NCBI RefSeq assembly: GCF_003918875.1
Contig: NW_025767146.1
Span: forward strand, 2,170,001-2,234,000
DNA length: 64,000 nt
DNA from: Haliotis rubra
Lineage: Eukaryota
Direction of reading: 5' to 3'
The translations under genes were made by a program, and so were the position numbers. Position 1 is the first letter of the stretch, and every line of letters begins with the position of its first letter. Of the stretch, positions 39,027-52,109 are shown piece after piece. The notes below the pieces were generated by a model. It worked only from the letters and a program-made list of their open reading frames with translations, made no database searches and was not told the DNA's origin.

Positions 39027-40595
39027 TTTTGTAAAGGGACATCTTGTACATTTTTGCAACAACCGAAAACGGGGTTTACCTACTAACGGGACCTAGCCAG
39101 GCTTTCCTCTGCTGATCATTCCTTTTCCAAAAGTGGTACCATTGCTGAGCAGTATTCCACAAGTTTGTTTTAATGGCCGCAATTTAAGACGCTTACTTCC
39201 AATGTCCAATCAGATTTGCTTCCTCAGTAAGATACTCACGAATGGTAAAGACGGTAAACCGTAATGATCGATTTTAAAGGAACCTGAAAATATTTCAACG
39301 ACATCCAATAAAAATGATGAATGTAATCTATCATTCTTGCCCAAAATAATCTTCCAGGAATCCCAGACTGAATGAATGAAACTGGTTTAAATAAACTATC
39401 ACATACGATACACGTTTCGGACGCTGCCCCAATATCAACAAAATTATACCTCACCTTCACTGAACTGTGATCATAGGAAAACACTCCCCGTGGTAATGGC
39501 GGTTCCGTTACGAATGATTAGTTGCGTGGAAGGCAGTTTGTGACTCCCGGCCATGATGTGGTCAATCCACGACTGACAGCGGGGCCTATAACCCCTCCGC
39601 CAGATTTACTCGGTAATTAGAGGATGCCAATAAAGAACTATCAAAGACGTTGTGACCTGAAAACTGCACTGACAGGAAAGAACGTGAAATTGCGCCCTTG
39701 TGTGAATACAAATCGGGTTTTTGTACGTACGATTGGTTAGAATGAGCGCTAACAAGGCCATCTATTGGGCCAGGGAACTAGTATTTCAGTCGTGAGAGCC
39801 CCTGACAAATCACACTTTTTAGCTTCAGCATCCCGAGGGATTCACAAACCTTCTCTTAATCTTTTTATGCCAAACGTTCAAGAATAAGGACGGGTACTAT
39901 ACTGTTTTTCCCTCCCGAAAGTCAATGTCTAATGAATAAATATAGGCGTGCCAAACAAGCTGTATCTGAGAGCCCCGTATCACAACGGTAGTTTATCACG
40001 GACATGCATGTAAATACTTGTACGGGGATACCTTCTCTACGCCTGTATTCGTCTATAATGATGCTACACACAGAGGAGATGAAGCGAAATCCACAAGCAA
40101 TGTGACAGAATATATTTCTCCAAACAAGTAGCTGCCCCGTTGTTGTCTGTTATACAATCTTAAGGAGGGAATTTTATGTAAATAGGTATGAACCTTGTTC
40201 CCCGGGGAAATCAAGCAAGCACTGTTTGCTTGTCTCACTATTGCTATGTTTTAATAGTCACAATGTAGCGGCAGATAAACACATAACATAAGGCATACGT
40301 GTACTGATAGTGGTTAAGACTGTTTAGGACATGAATCGCCAATACATACACTATGACAACACCCGGGAATGGGGGGCTAGAACAAGAACTCAAGTTATTA
40401 CCCAGAAGACCTGTTTCAAAACTACCAAGATGACACAGAGAGCTATACCACTAGGAGATACACAGCAACTACCATCACCAAGACATACTGATCTGAAATA
40501 ACACTTATTTGGTTAATAGTAGAAACAGTCATTTAGACAGTAAGTGCTGTAACAAGCGCTGAGAGATATAGACCAACAGGCATCACCAATAGGTA

Positions 40596-40840
40596 TGAGT
40601 GAGTGAGTTTAGTTTTACGCCGCACTCAGCAATATTCCAGCTATATGGCGGCGGTCTGTAAATAATCGAGTCTGGACCAGACAATCCAGTGATCAACAGC
40701 ATGGGCATCGATCTGCGCAGTTGGAAACCGATGACATGTGTCAACCAAGTCAGCGAGCCTGACCACCCGATCCCGTTAGTCGCCTCTTACGACAAGCATG
40801 GGTTACTGAAAATCAATATTCTAACCCGGACCTTCACGGG
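40596..40840 (-). mobile_element. ~245-bp SINE-like element, family A (best-preserved copy)
   Basis: Homologous copies at 44253, 51112, 58907 and about 43300. Ends in an (actc)n microsatellite tail. No A or B box apparent. Confidence 0.9.
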
Positions 40841-42209
40841 TAGTCACGGGTAGAGGCTAATTAAAGGTAAGAATTTAAGCTCTGCTCAAATGACCGAATG
40901 GATCCCGATGGTGTAGGTTAGAACATGTATGTCACGGATTCGTCTTGTCCAATTCCAGGACGCCATAATATTGTTGGAATCTTGCTGACTGTGTCATTAA
41001 AACCAAACTACTGGATAATGTAGTTTGTGTTGTGCTCCACCACTCCCAAAGAACATGCTGCTGTTTGTGCCAATGGCGACTACATGGAAATAAATACTCT
41101 GTTGCTAATTGGTTTAATAGAAAACACACTGAAAATGAATTGAACTGAGCATATCTTTGAAAAACAGATATTACGTTTCATTCGCATTTAATCAAATCAA
41201 AAAGAAATTATCACCCAATAGCTTGCCGCAGTATCCAGCGATTACGACCAGTGCATTAAACGCGATTGGTTTGTTACACACATTGCAGCTGTCGAACAGT
41301 TTCATCAGCCACAGAGAACAAACTGACAAGACGAGCATCAAAGGCGGCCAATCGTCCCCGGTCAGTGCACAGGACTACAAGAACATGTCCCACGCCATGT
41401 GCCTGCCTCCCGACCCTCGCGGCCTCCACCATGGTATTTCATCTCAGGATGCACCCACTCACATGCTTCAAGGCACCCCAGATATTGTCAGCTAATACAA
41501 ATTTCACTTTAAATGCTTTTTGATCGATGGAAATTCGATTCTGAAGACAGAAATGTGATGAGACTTCTTTGAGAGATTTTTCAGCTTAACTAAGATTCCG
41601 GAAAAAACATCCGTGGTATCTGGGTGAGCCTTGATGGGCGAGTTCGGGACGTTTCCTCGGAGTACTGCTTCTCCGGACTAGCGTGTCCAGTACATCAATA
41701 CTGGTCGGCTTAGGACACAGGCCCTACTTGATAGGGCATTGTTGTTAGAAACAAGAGTAATATCTGGCTGGAGTGAATGGAAAACAAACGTCGTATTGAT
41801 TCCATATCGGATGTCGGACAGATTATATGGCTAAGTTTGGATTTGCCATCGTTCGTCTTCTGCCTCGTTTACTACTTTGGGTGTGTATTCTGTCGTAGCA
41901 ATAGATTGAGACAATCTTGGGTATAGTCAAAAACAATAACGGCAATACTAAGAGTTGGTTGCGGTCATTTTGGGTGGTGTGGAGGTCTTATAGTGAAAGA
42001 ATTCACTTGTCAGATCAAGGCCCGAGTTTGTTTCCTCACCTGGGTACGATGTGTCAAATCAATTTTTGGTGTGGCGCGTAGTGGCATTGGTGGAATACTG
42101 CTACAAGCGACGAACAAACATACTGCAATATATAACGGAAGTTATCTTAGCTACATACGTTTGCAACCATGGATAGATCTGAACTGCTACAGATTCTGCT
42201 TCATGCAGG

Positions 42210-43328
42210 GATGAGCTGGGACATCATGGCTGCTGGATGAGCGAGTGTCAGCAATGTCCTAGCTGTATCATGGCTGCTGGATGAGCGAGTGTCAGCAATG
42301 TCCTAGCTGTATCATGGCTGCTGGATGAGCGAGTGTCAGCAATGTCCTAGTTGTATTATGGCTGTTGGATGAGCGAGTGTCAGCAATGTCCTAGCTGTAT
42401 CATAGCTGCTGGATGAGCGAGTGTCAGCAATGTCCTAGCTGTATCATGGCTGCTGGATGAGCGAGTGTCAGCAATGTCCTAGCTGTATCATGGCTGCTGG
42501 ATGAGCGAGTGTCAGCAATGTCCTAGCTGTATCATGGCTGCTTGATCAGAGAATGTCAGCAATGTCCTAGCTGTATCATGGCTGCTGGATCAGAGATTGT
42601 CAGCAATGTCCTAGCTGTATCATGGCTGCTGGATCAGAGAATGCCAGCAATGTCCTAGCTGTATAATGGCTGTTGGATGAGCGAGTGTCAGCAATGTCCT
42701 AGCTGTATCATAGCTGCTGGATGAGCGAGTGTCAGCAATGTCCTAGCTGTATCATGGCTGCTGGATGAGCGAGTGTCAGCAATGTCCTAGTTGTATCATA
42801 GCTGCTGGATGAGCGAGTGTCAGCAATGTCCTAGCTGTATCATAGCTGCTGGATGAGCGAGTGTCAGCAATGTCCTAGCTGTATCATAGCTGCTGGATGA
42901 GCGAGTGTCAGCAATGTCCTAGCTGTATCATGGCTGCTGGATGAGCGAGTGTCAGCAATGTCCTAGTTGTATCATAGCTGCTGGATCAGCGAGTGTCAGC
43001 AATGACCTAGCTGTATCATGGCTGTTGGATGAGCGAGTGTCAGCAATGTCCTAGTTGTATCATGGCTGCTGGATGAGCGAGTGTCAGCAATGACCTAGCT
43101 GTATCATGGCTGCTGGATGAGCGAGTGTCAGCAATGTCCTAGCTGTATCATAGCTGCTGGATGAGCTAGTGTCAGCAATGTCCTAGCTGTATCATGGCTG
43201 CTGGATCAGAGAATGTCCGCAATGTCCTCGCTGTATGATGGCTGCTGGATGAGCGGGTGTCAGCAATGTCCTAGCTGTATCATGGCTGCTGGATGAGCGA
43301 GTGTCAGCAATGTCCTAGCTGTATCATC
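42210..43328. repeat. 44-bp minisatellite (agctgtatcatggctgctggatgagcgagtgtcagcaatgtcct), about 25 copies
   Basis: Direct tandem periodicity. Confidence 0.99.
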
Positions 43329-43415
43329 GCTGTCCACCTGTCTTCGGGGCTGAAGACAAAACCGTGATCGCCGTATGAACATCGATCTACGCAGTCGTGA
43401 AGACATGTTACAACG
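43292..43415 (-). mobile_element. Decayed family A SINE copy continuing out of the last 44-bp unit
   Basis: agacaaaaccgtgatcgccgtatgaacatcgatctacgcagt aligns to agacaatccagtgatcaacagcatgggcatcgatctgcgcagt (40679-40721). Confidence 0.75.
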
Positions 43416-44252
43416 AGGAATGCCGCACAGGGAAGCCCTGGAACCCCACCAGAAGACAAAGGTGGTATCAGGGAACAGTAGTTTCTTTCTTTCTCAGAAA
43501 CTCCAGGAAGCCAAAGACGTTGCGTTTGGGACCAATTGTATAACTCTGAATCCCCGCCTGATGTCAGAGTGAGGAACAGTTTCTTGCCCACAGCCCTCAC
43601 TGGGAGTCAAGCATCAGGTACCTGGACCCAGTTGTATTCAGACATCTACATCCGGAAACAGATATGTGGTAATGGAACCGCTTCTGGACTTTCCCCGTTT
43701 GGTCAGAATCCCGACTAGAAAGCAAGCATCAGGTTTCAGGGATCGATGTACATGTTGTCTCGGAGTCCCATTGAGGAGTTTCAAGAGGTAGGGACCAATT
43801 TTCTTCCGGAATGGCCCTGTGAATTCAGCGATCGAAGGATTAAAGGCTCACGCAAAATTGCATTCCAGCAAGAGTCCTCAATACTCTGAACGTTCTCATG
43901 TAGAACAATCTAACGATTACACTAATTAGACTGATACGACGCTTCAGTTCCCCACATAGCGCTGATTACACGTCTAGACTGGATGGGGCCACCAGACCTT
44001 GGAGCAAAGACTCGCCGTAACTGACCAAGCAATATGACACATAAATATGAATTAAACGTCAACGCCAGTGACTACATAATCTCGATGATCTGCCGAAACA
44101 GACTCCATACAGCGATGACACCCGGTGTTCGCGAAGGATTCAGCATGTCCTGCCTGCCCGTCCGTTAAGGAAAGTGTAGAGAAATGTTATGTAAAAAATA
44201 TTGGTATATTTACCTTGACAGAAACAACGACCTTCAATCACCCTCCTTACAC

Positions 44253-44398
44253 TGTTTGTTTGTTTGTTGTTTAACGCCACACTCAACAATATTCTAGCTG
44301 TATGGCGACGGTGTGTAAATAATCGGCCCTGGAGCAGACATTTCAGCCATCAAAAGTATGAACATAGATCTACGGAATTGGGATACGATGACATGTGT
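44253..44398 (-). mobile_element. Partial family A SINE copy
   Basis: (gttt)n followed by ttaacgccacactcaacaatattctagctgtatggcgacgg...gatacgatgacatgtgt, matching the 40596 copy. Confidence 0.85.
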
Positions 44399-46204
44399 AC
44401 CCTGACTTTGTCAAGTATAGGCCTACGGAAACTGTAGCTCCACATCGGCTATCAAGGATTGTTTTGAAACAATGCGGTGCAGTAACGTGACAATTTTCGG
44501 CCGATATAACGACATCAATGACAAAGGGAATTTGCATTCAGATCACATCAATGAGATTCAGTTGTCATGCCGACGCCAATGGGATAGCACATGACGTCAG
44601 TATCATCAGACAAGGTTTATTCCTATGACGTAGTAGCACATGACGATGACGAACGATATGGTGCTGCATTCACTTGCTGAGGATGGAGAGGTCTGACGTT
44701 ACAGTTATTTTAACAATGGTAGTTGTAATAGAAGGTGTAATATAGAATAGCGCCTCACAGGCAGCTTGGGTTATACAGAACACTAACGTCCACCATGTTG
44801 TATGCTTTAAGAGCGTGCGCGTGGTGCGTGGAGTTCAGGGCTATATAAGTGGCCTTGTTATTGTTATTTCATACGTAAAGTATAACGTGCGCGCCCACGA
44901 GAACGAGACCAAACGGTTGTCACGAAGCATTGGGTCGGGATGCTGACTACAGGGAGACCTGGTAACGAAATCTGAGGTAATTTAACTTTAAACAGTAAAC
45001 GAGAACTGAGATCACTGATGTTTCCACTGTTCTTTGTTTAATCCCACCGAAGGGGGCTTCTTGCCAGTCCGGAATTGTTGGAAGCCTCCTTCTCTGGCAC
45101 ACCTTCCTCTTTAGCTAATGAACGTACCTTTTTTCTTACAAATTAACCCAATTTTTAGCTTTTTTAACTTTGATCTTTTCTGGAATGAAAAAGCATGTTT
45201 GTATTTCATCAAGTGGCTTGAACTTAGAGATGTCACTCAGGGAGAATTGTGGAATGTGGTCAAATCGTCATCAATTTCCCTGAACCAACAGTGTTTAGAT
45301 TTAATCTACTTCAGCCTTTTCACTGCTCTCTCATTGTGTGCACGGACGCTGCAATGTTGGGGCTACAGTTAAGTTAAGCTTGTGTACAAGATATTACAAT
45401 ATGTCTCTACTGCAACCCGAGGCAACCCTTCCTCTAAACCGTTAGGAATGGTTTAACTCAGTTCGACATATTAACAGTCTTAACACAGTACCCATTTCCC
45501 CGGACCTTGTGGCTGTCAGACAACAGAGTGGCAACAGTGTTAACACACCACCTAGATACATACAAACAAACAATAAACCATTGCTGCCACATGATTCGTT
45601 ATGTTTGATGTTTGGTGGGAATTAATTTTGTCAGTTTTGAAGATACACGATCATCGTCCTCAACGTGAAGCCCGCTCTTTCATGGCGCACGTGGCTTGTT
45701 TTGGAGCTGATCGAGGAATGGTTTGTCATTCATGAAACCTGATCGAGGCAATGTTTTAAACGTCACGTCCAAACGCCGTCATCACTTGGTATCGATCTTA
45801 GCATGTTGCCGGCTGCACTAGCGTCTGATCGAATTCGATCAACTGGTGTGAGTAGATGAAATGATTCAAAGTTGACAAACAAAGGGCAGACAATGGCCTC
45901 AGCAGGACGTATTTTTCGGTGTATGTTTTAAGAGAAGTGTCTCTTTGGAAGTGTTTGGTGAGCGCGGTCGAATGCAGTTTTTCCATTTGGGATCAAACGG
46001 GTTTTTTAACTTTGAAGATTCGGCACCATATTAAGTTGTATTGAACTGGTATCCTCGGGGGAAGGAGAGGGTTTGCAATTCTAAACCAGAGCCAATACTC
46101 TTCGTGATGCAGTGCCAAAGATGCCACAAACTGTTCATGGTGCTAAACCAGGGACACAAGACTCTCCCTTTCTCTCTGATGTTAGTACCTCCTTCATCAT
46201 GATC

Positions 46205-47192
46205 TACTGGAGATATGACACTACACATTTCTCATGATCTACACTGTTCTGATGCCTACAAGACATATCACACAGCAGGTTTCTGGTGGTGTACTGGAGA
46301 CAATACATTACACACTTCTGATGGCTACAAGACATATCATACAGCGGCTTTCTGGTGTTGTACTGGAGACAATACATTACACACTTCTGATGGCTACAAG
46401 ACATATCATACAGTAGGTTTCTGGTGGTGTACTGGAGACAATACATTACACACTTCTGATGGCTACAAGACATATCATACAGCAGGTTTCTGGTGTTGTA
46501 CTGGAGACAATACATTACACAGTTTTGATGGCTACAAGACATATCATACAGCAGGTTTCTGGTGTTGTACTGGAGACAATACATTACACACTTTTGATGG
46601 CTACAAGACATATCATACAGCAGGTTTCTGGTGTTGTACTGGGGACAATACATTACACAATTCTGATGGTTACATGACATATCATACAACGGGTTTCTGG
46701 CGTTGTACTGGAGACAATACATTACACAGTTCTGATGGCTACAAGACATATCATACAGGAGGTTTCTGGTGTTGTACTGGAGACAATACATTACACTGTT
46801 CTGATGACTACAAGACGTATCATACAGCAGGTTTCTGGTGTTGTACTGGAGACAATACATTACACAGTTCTGATGCCTACAAGACATATCATACAGCAGG
46901 TTTCTGGTGTTGTACTGGAGACAATACATTACACAGTTTTGATGGCTACAAGACATATCATACAGCAGGCTTCTAGTGTTGTACTGGAGACAATACATTA
47001 CACAGTTCTGATGACTACAAGACATATCATACAGCAGGTGTCTGGTGTTGTACTGGAGACAATACATTACACAATTCTGATGGCTACAAGACATATCATA
47101 CAGCAGGTTTCTGGTGTTGTACTGGAGACAATACATTACACAATTCTGATGACTACAAGACATATCATACAGCAGGTTTCTGTTGTTGTACT
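46205..47192. repeat. 69-bp minisatellite (ctacaagacatatcatacagcaggtttctggtgttgtactggagacaatacattacacagttctgatgg), about 14 copies
   Basis: Direct tandem periodicity; source of the 23-aa repeat ORFs on both strands. Confidence 0.99.
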
Positions 47193-47329
47193 TGAGCTTT
47201 TACCCAACACATTCCTGATGGGATAGTATACATAGTATTGTAAGGCATTAATGTTGATGATGCTATCCTAAAGATGAGACACACTCTTCTGTATATTAGA
47301 ACACACATTGCTAAGGAGGACAACGCATT

Positions 47330-47990
47330 AAAATTGCAAGTTGAGTCAAATCAACAACGCGAACGTATCATGGGCAGGCTTAATGATTGACTATCCGTAG
47401 CAGCAGTTGCACGAACAGTGGGGTGTAGTCGTCAGAACTACACAGTCAGAAAGGCGCCGTTACAGATCGCAGATCACAAATGCGTGTGACGCTACACCAA
47501 GATGACCTGGACATTAGGTTTCGCCATCTCCACAGCACATTTGTCACTGAAACCTCCACTAGCAGACAGTTGTTCAGAAGTATCAGCACAGAATATCAGC
47601 AATCAACTGCGCCCTGCCAGCTCGACGACCAAAGACAGGACTTATCCTGACGCAATTTCATCGAGCTCCAAGTTTACAATGGACCCGCAGACATGCCGGG
47701 TTCGACCAGAGGCAGTCGAACAAAATTGTCTTCAGTGACGAGTCACGGTTCACATTTCAGGGTACGGGTAGCAGAGTACGGGTTTGGCTCAGGAGGAGGG
47801 AACGTCACGCACAGTGCTGTGTTCGTGAGGATGACTGATTGAAAGAGGCAGCGTAAAGGGGTGTGCTGGTAAGACAAGGGCAGATAAATCAACCCCTGAC
47901 CTTGCACGAACTTGGGTAAGCACTCATTGACCAATGGCGACGATTTCCGGTTGGAGTATTCTTACAGGTTGACCCGACCGCTGTTGAGAA
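47330..47990 (+). pseudogene. Decayed, internally deleted Tc1-type transposase
   Basis: SNQQRERIMGRL and VAAVARTVGCSRQ (HTH region), KIVFSDESRFT (about 47722-47755), RVRVW...ERHAQCCVRE, then a C-terminal PLTLHELG...LIDQW. Frameshifted. Confidence 0.8.
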
Positions 47991-48449
47991 CCTTGGGTAA
48001 CCAAGACAAGGACATCCACGAAAATGAAATACATTCCTTTAACATCACCGACAAGGGTATATCAATTTGGAAGAATATTTGAGCTGACAAAAATCATGTT
48101 TAATGTCTTTAGGTCAAATCTTTCTATGTTAGGCTCAGAACTTATCACTCACCCCCATACAGGTACTCTGCGGGGAGGAAGAGGGGGAGGATTGTCAGGT
48201 GCCCTGTCAATCAAACACGAGGTAACACAAGAAATCCTGATAATCTTGGCACAAAGCAGAAGAAAGAAAAAGATGTTCCTTAATTGAACCGCGTCTCAGT
48301 ATCATCTGATATCGTTCAATAAATCACTTTTTGTCAGCTTGGTAAATGCGGAAAATAACGTACAAAGAATGTTGGGGGTGGAACCCTGGATGTAACTAAC
48401 AGGCATGTGAGCATCGAGCTAGTGCTGCTCTTCTGCCAGTGTAATAACT

Positions 48450-51100
48450 TGGTGGTTTATTTCAGAAAAGTAATACAGGCCATAGGCCCAGGTTACACTT
48501 TGAGAATTAGAGAGTGAGAAAATATGTTATAATTGAAGACTGTCTCAGTAACATAGCTTGATATATATATGCTGATAAATGTTTTAAGATGCTTGCATTT
48601 GATGATTGCAGAAGCCTATTAAATTTTTGGATTGTTGTTTTATTCATAAAAGTTTAAAGGGATATACAGTCGCCGCAATGCTTGATATTTATTACAAATA
48701 AGTAAAAAGTGATATTCATCTTCTATATATGGCAATTTACAGATATTATATAATCTGTCATTTCTAGCCTCACCAATATACCTGCCAGTTTCTATTCGTA
48801 GTTTATGAGACCCCGATCTAAACTGAGCAAGCGCACGTCTATGTTTAAAATAGCTAACTATGAAGATATAAGATTCAACACCGAACATAGGTTTAAACAA
48901 CGTGTATCCAAATATTTTTGTGCCTTTTATTAGTGCTGAATGCCAGTCCTGTTGATACGAAACTTTGAGTCTACCAAGAAATTCATTCAAAAATAGCATT
49001 TCACTTCGAACCATCTGTTCTTGCCAAACAAATCCAAATCCATAGACTTCTAATATATGCTTTATCCTAGATGCCCAGCTCCTGCAACCATTACTTACCA
49101 TTTGTACAAGCATGTTATAACATTTCTTTACATATAGCTCATTTGACATTTTCAATATTTTACGCCAATATTTGATAGACCTTTTGATGGTATAAATATA
49201 CAATGGATATCTTCCACATTCGCCTCGCACAACATGCGCTGAAACAGAGGATTTAATTCCTAGAAATCGTTTACAAGCTGCTACATGTATAACTTCTATT
49301 TCGTTAACAACATTCAGTCCCCATATTTCTGCACCGTATTATAAAATTGGACAAACTTTGGTGTCGAAAATCTTAAAGAACAAGTGAAAAGGTAATGGCT
49401 CCAACATTGACAGTGATCTAAAAATACCAAATACAACTTGCTTAACCTGCAGACATACATTTTCTATGTGTTTGGTCCATACTAATGACCTACTGAATAA
49501 AATACCTAGATATTTGTACCAGGAAACACAATCTATTTGTACACCATTATAGAACCATTTTTCATACTTTGACAGTCTTCCACCTTTTTTAAAAACTATT
49601 ACCTTTGTTTTTTCCATATTTACCGTCAAACAATTCTCAGAACAAAATATCTTTAGGACATCAAGTCTTTTCTGTAAACCAAACACTGTATCAGAGATAA
49701 ACACAACATCATCAGCAATTAAAAGAAGAAATAACTGTACAAGTTTAGGATCAAGCTGAATTCCTGGTACGCAACATGCTTCGATTTCATAAGCTAGTTC
49801 ATTGATAAGAATGGAAAAAAGAAGAGGGCTTAGGATACACCCTTGTCGTAGACCCAATGGACAATCAAAACATGTTGATAAATTATTGTTAAATTTGACA
49901 CACGCTTTAACACTTGCATAGAGAGCTTGGATTGATTTAAGCATTTTGCTGCTTACTCCTCTTAGCCTTAAAATATTCCACAGTTTTGTCCTATTCACGA
50001 AGTCGAAGGCTTTGGAAAAGTCTATAAAACATGCATACACTTTACCTCTCTTTTTTGAGAGATAGCGTTCAATAACGGACTGTAGGATAAAAATGTTATC
50101 AATAGTACTGTAACCTTTGCGAAAACCCGCTTGCGATTCAACGATTTTTTCATAGCAAGAGCACCAAAATGTAGGTCTATTATTCAGAATGTGTATGTAC
50201 AGCTTGCTGAAGATACTTGTAATTGATATACCTCTGTAATTGTTAACTACACTAGTGTTCCCTTTTTTGATGTATAGGTACAATAAGACCCATACACCAC
50301 GATTCTGGAAATACGCTCGATCAAACAGAACATTGAATAGCAACTGAATATAGGGAACTAAAATATCCTGTGAGGACTTAAAAAATTCTGCTATGATATG
50401 ATCAGGCCCAGCACTCTTGGATGATTTTAGTTCTGTAATCGCTGCACAGATCTCTTCTCATACCACGAGTCCATTGTTATGTTGGGAATAGAATTCTTAG
50501 ATGAAGAAAGCCTGCACATGGTGTTCCAGAACAATTTTGAGTTATTCAGATTTGTAAGTAATTTATCTTTTACAGATCCGGAGTAATTTCTGTTTTTAGA
50601 TCTTAAAATACAATTGTACTTGTTTCTGGCATGTACATACTTTCGGAGCGATGCTCCATCGTTAAAATGCCTAAAACACCTCAGAAGTCTGTCTTTCTCA
50701 TGTCTTAGAAATGTGCACTGTTTGTCAAATCAAGGTTGTGAATTTCGTCTATTTATGCCATGTTTGCGTTTCATACACTGTGCAGCTTGACATATTGCAT
50801 TTGTAAGAAATGTTACTGCGTTGTTAATATCTGAAAGAACGTTATCACAAAAGCTTTCAAGCAATCTAGATATATCAGGTGAAAGTAAATTCTCCCTGAA
50901 TTGGCCGACCTTGTCCACATCCCACTTAAATCTAAACTTCGCACCCTCGCCACGTGCATCCTGTGTTACGTTACCATCCTCGCGTAGAGTGGCGTGTATG
51001 CCACGTGACTGAAACGTACATCGTACAGGTAGATGATCAGACTCAGACCTCGTAACGACATCGAATTCGTGACACAATGAGAATAAAGAACTTGAAGTGG
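48450..51100 (-). mobile_element. 5'-truncated non-LTR retrotransposon (RTEX/CR1-like LINE)
   Basis: Carries the AP endonuclease end (SESDHLPV), the RT domain and the C-terminal HKLRIETGRY...IEDEYHFLLIC motif. The 3' UTR has a ggcctatggcc hairpin and aataaa at about 48455-48490. Confidence 0.93.
48640..51077 (-). pseudogene. Disrupted ORF2 (AP endonuclease C-terminus plus reverse transcriptase)
   Basis: NYRGIS, QAGFRKGYSTIDNIF, CFIDFSKAFD, GLRQGCILSPLLF, IADD and YKYLGI. An in-frame TAA at 49339-49341 (CPIL*YGAEIWG) separates ORFs 49339-50343 and 48640-49230; further lesions lie upstream. Confidence 0.93.
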
Positions 51101-51111
51101 TAATAATATCG

Positions 51112-51340
51112 GGTTGGTTGGTTGTTTAACGCCGCACTCCTATAAAAGCAATATCCCACCTATATGGCGGCGGTCTGTAAATAATCGAGTCTGGTCAACA
51201 ACATGAGCATCAATCTACACAACTGGGATACGATGACACGTGACAACCAAGTCAGCGAGCCTGACCACCCGATCCCGTTAGTCGCCTTTCACGACAAGCA
51301 TGGGTTACTGAAGACCAATTGTAACCCGGATGTTCACAGG
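51112..51340 (-). mobile_element. Family A SINE copy abutting the truncated 5' end of the LINE
   Basis: Aligns to 40596-40840 with a ~20-bp internal deletion; (ggtt)n tail on the + strand. Confidence 0.9.
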
Positions 51341-51803
51341 TTTGTATAATATAGGGTATAACAACATACTAGAATATATGATAGACGGGAAGACTTCATC
51401 CTTGTATGACTGGAGAAGGTGGACACCGCGATACTGATCGTGATTAGAGTAGCGGGAATGCCTAATACTGGTCTTTATTGTAGGAGGAATGCACAGTTCT
51501 GATCGCTCATGGGATTGCATCTTGCCAGACGAATTAGGAATCTTTCATGGTCTTTCATGGTCTACCTCGGTACTCCAAATATTTTACGATGCTTTACTTC
51601 ACCGTTGCCACGTGCTAGTGTGTCTTCGTCTTGCCATGCCAAAAAAGGTTACTTATTTATTACTGTCGTGTTTTAAATCAGGTCAGCAAACTGTAGAGCA
51701 CATACGGGAATTATGAACGAAATATTCCAACGTGCTTGGTGGGCAGCAGGTGAACACTTGACCCATTACTTTTGAAATATTGTGTGAATCACGTGCTCTG
51801 TAG

Positions 51804-51961
51804 TTAGTGAGTGAGTTTCGTATTATGCCGCTTTTAGCAATATTCCAGCAATATCACGGCGGGGACACCAGAAATTGGCTTCACACATTGTACCAATGTG
51901 GGGAATGGAACCCGGGTCTTCGATGAGCGAACGCTTTAACCACTGGGCTACCCCACCGCCC
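51804..51961 (-). mobile_element. tRNA-derived SINE, family B (~160 bp), with target-site duplication
   Basis: The minus strand starts GGGGCGGTGGGGTAGCCCAGTGGTTAAAGCG (A box), continues through CCCGGGTTCCATTCC (B box) and ends in (actc)n. Flanked by cacgtgctctg(t/c)ag at 51790-51803 and 51962-51975. Confidence 0.92.
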
Positions 51962-52109
51962 CACGTGCTCTGCAGATGTGATTAGGTATGCTCGCCTGGG
52001 ATTAATCACTTTGTATGTGTATACATAAGACAATAAAAGACTGCGAGAAGATCTGTGATTTCACAATGTACAGTACATCTCAGCCTTGTGGACATGTAAA
52101 ATACAACCA

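Noticed and set aside
41100-42200. Further I/Nimb-like RT/RNase H fossil
   Set aside because: Only faint motif echoes; too weak to list without an alignment.
51880-51961. Functional tRNA gene
   Set aside because: It has A and B boxes but no complete cloverleaf, and it carries a SINE body, tail and TSD.
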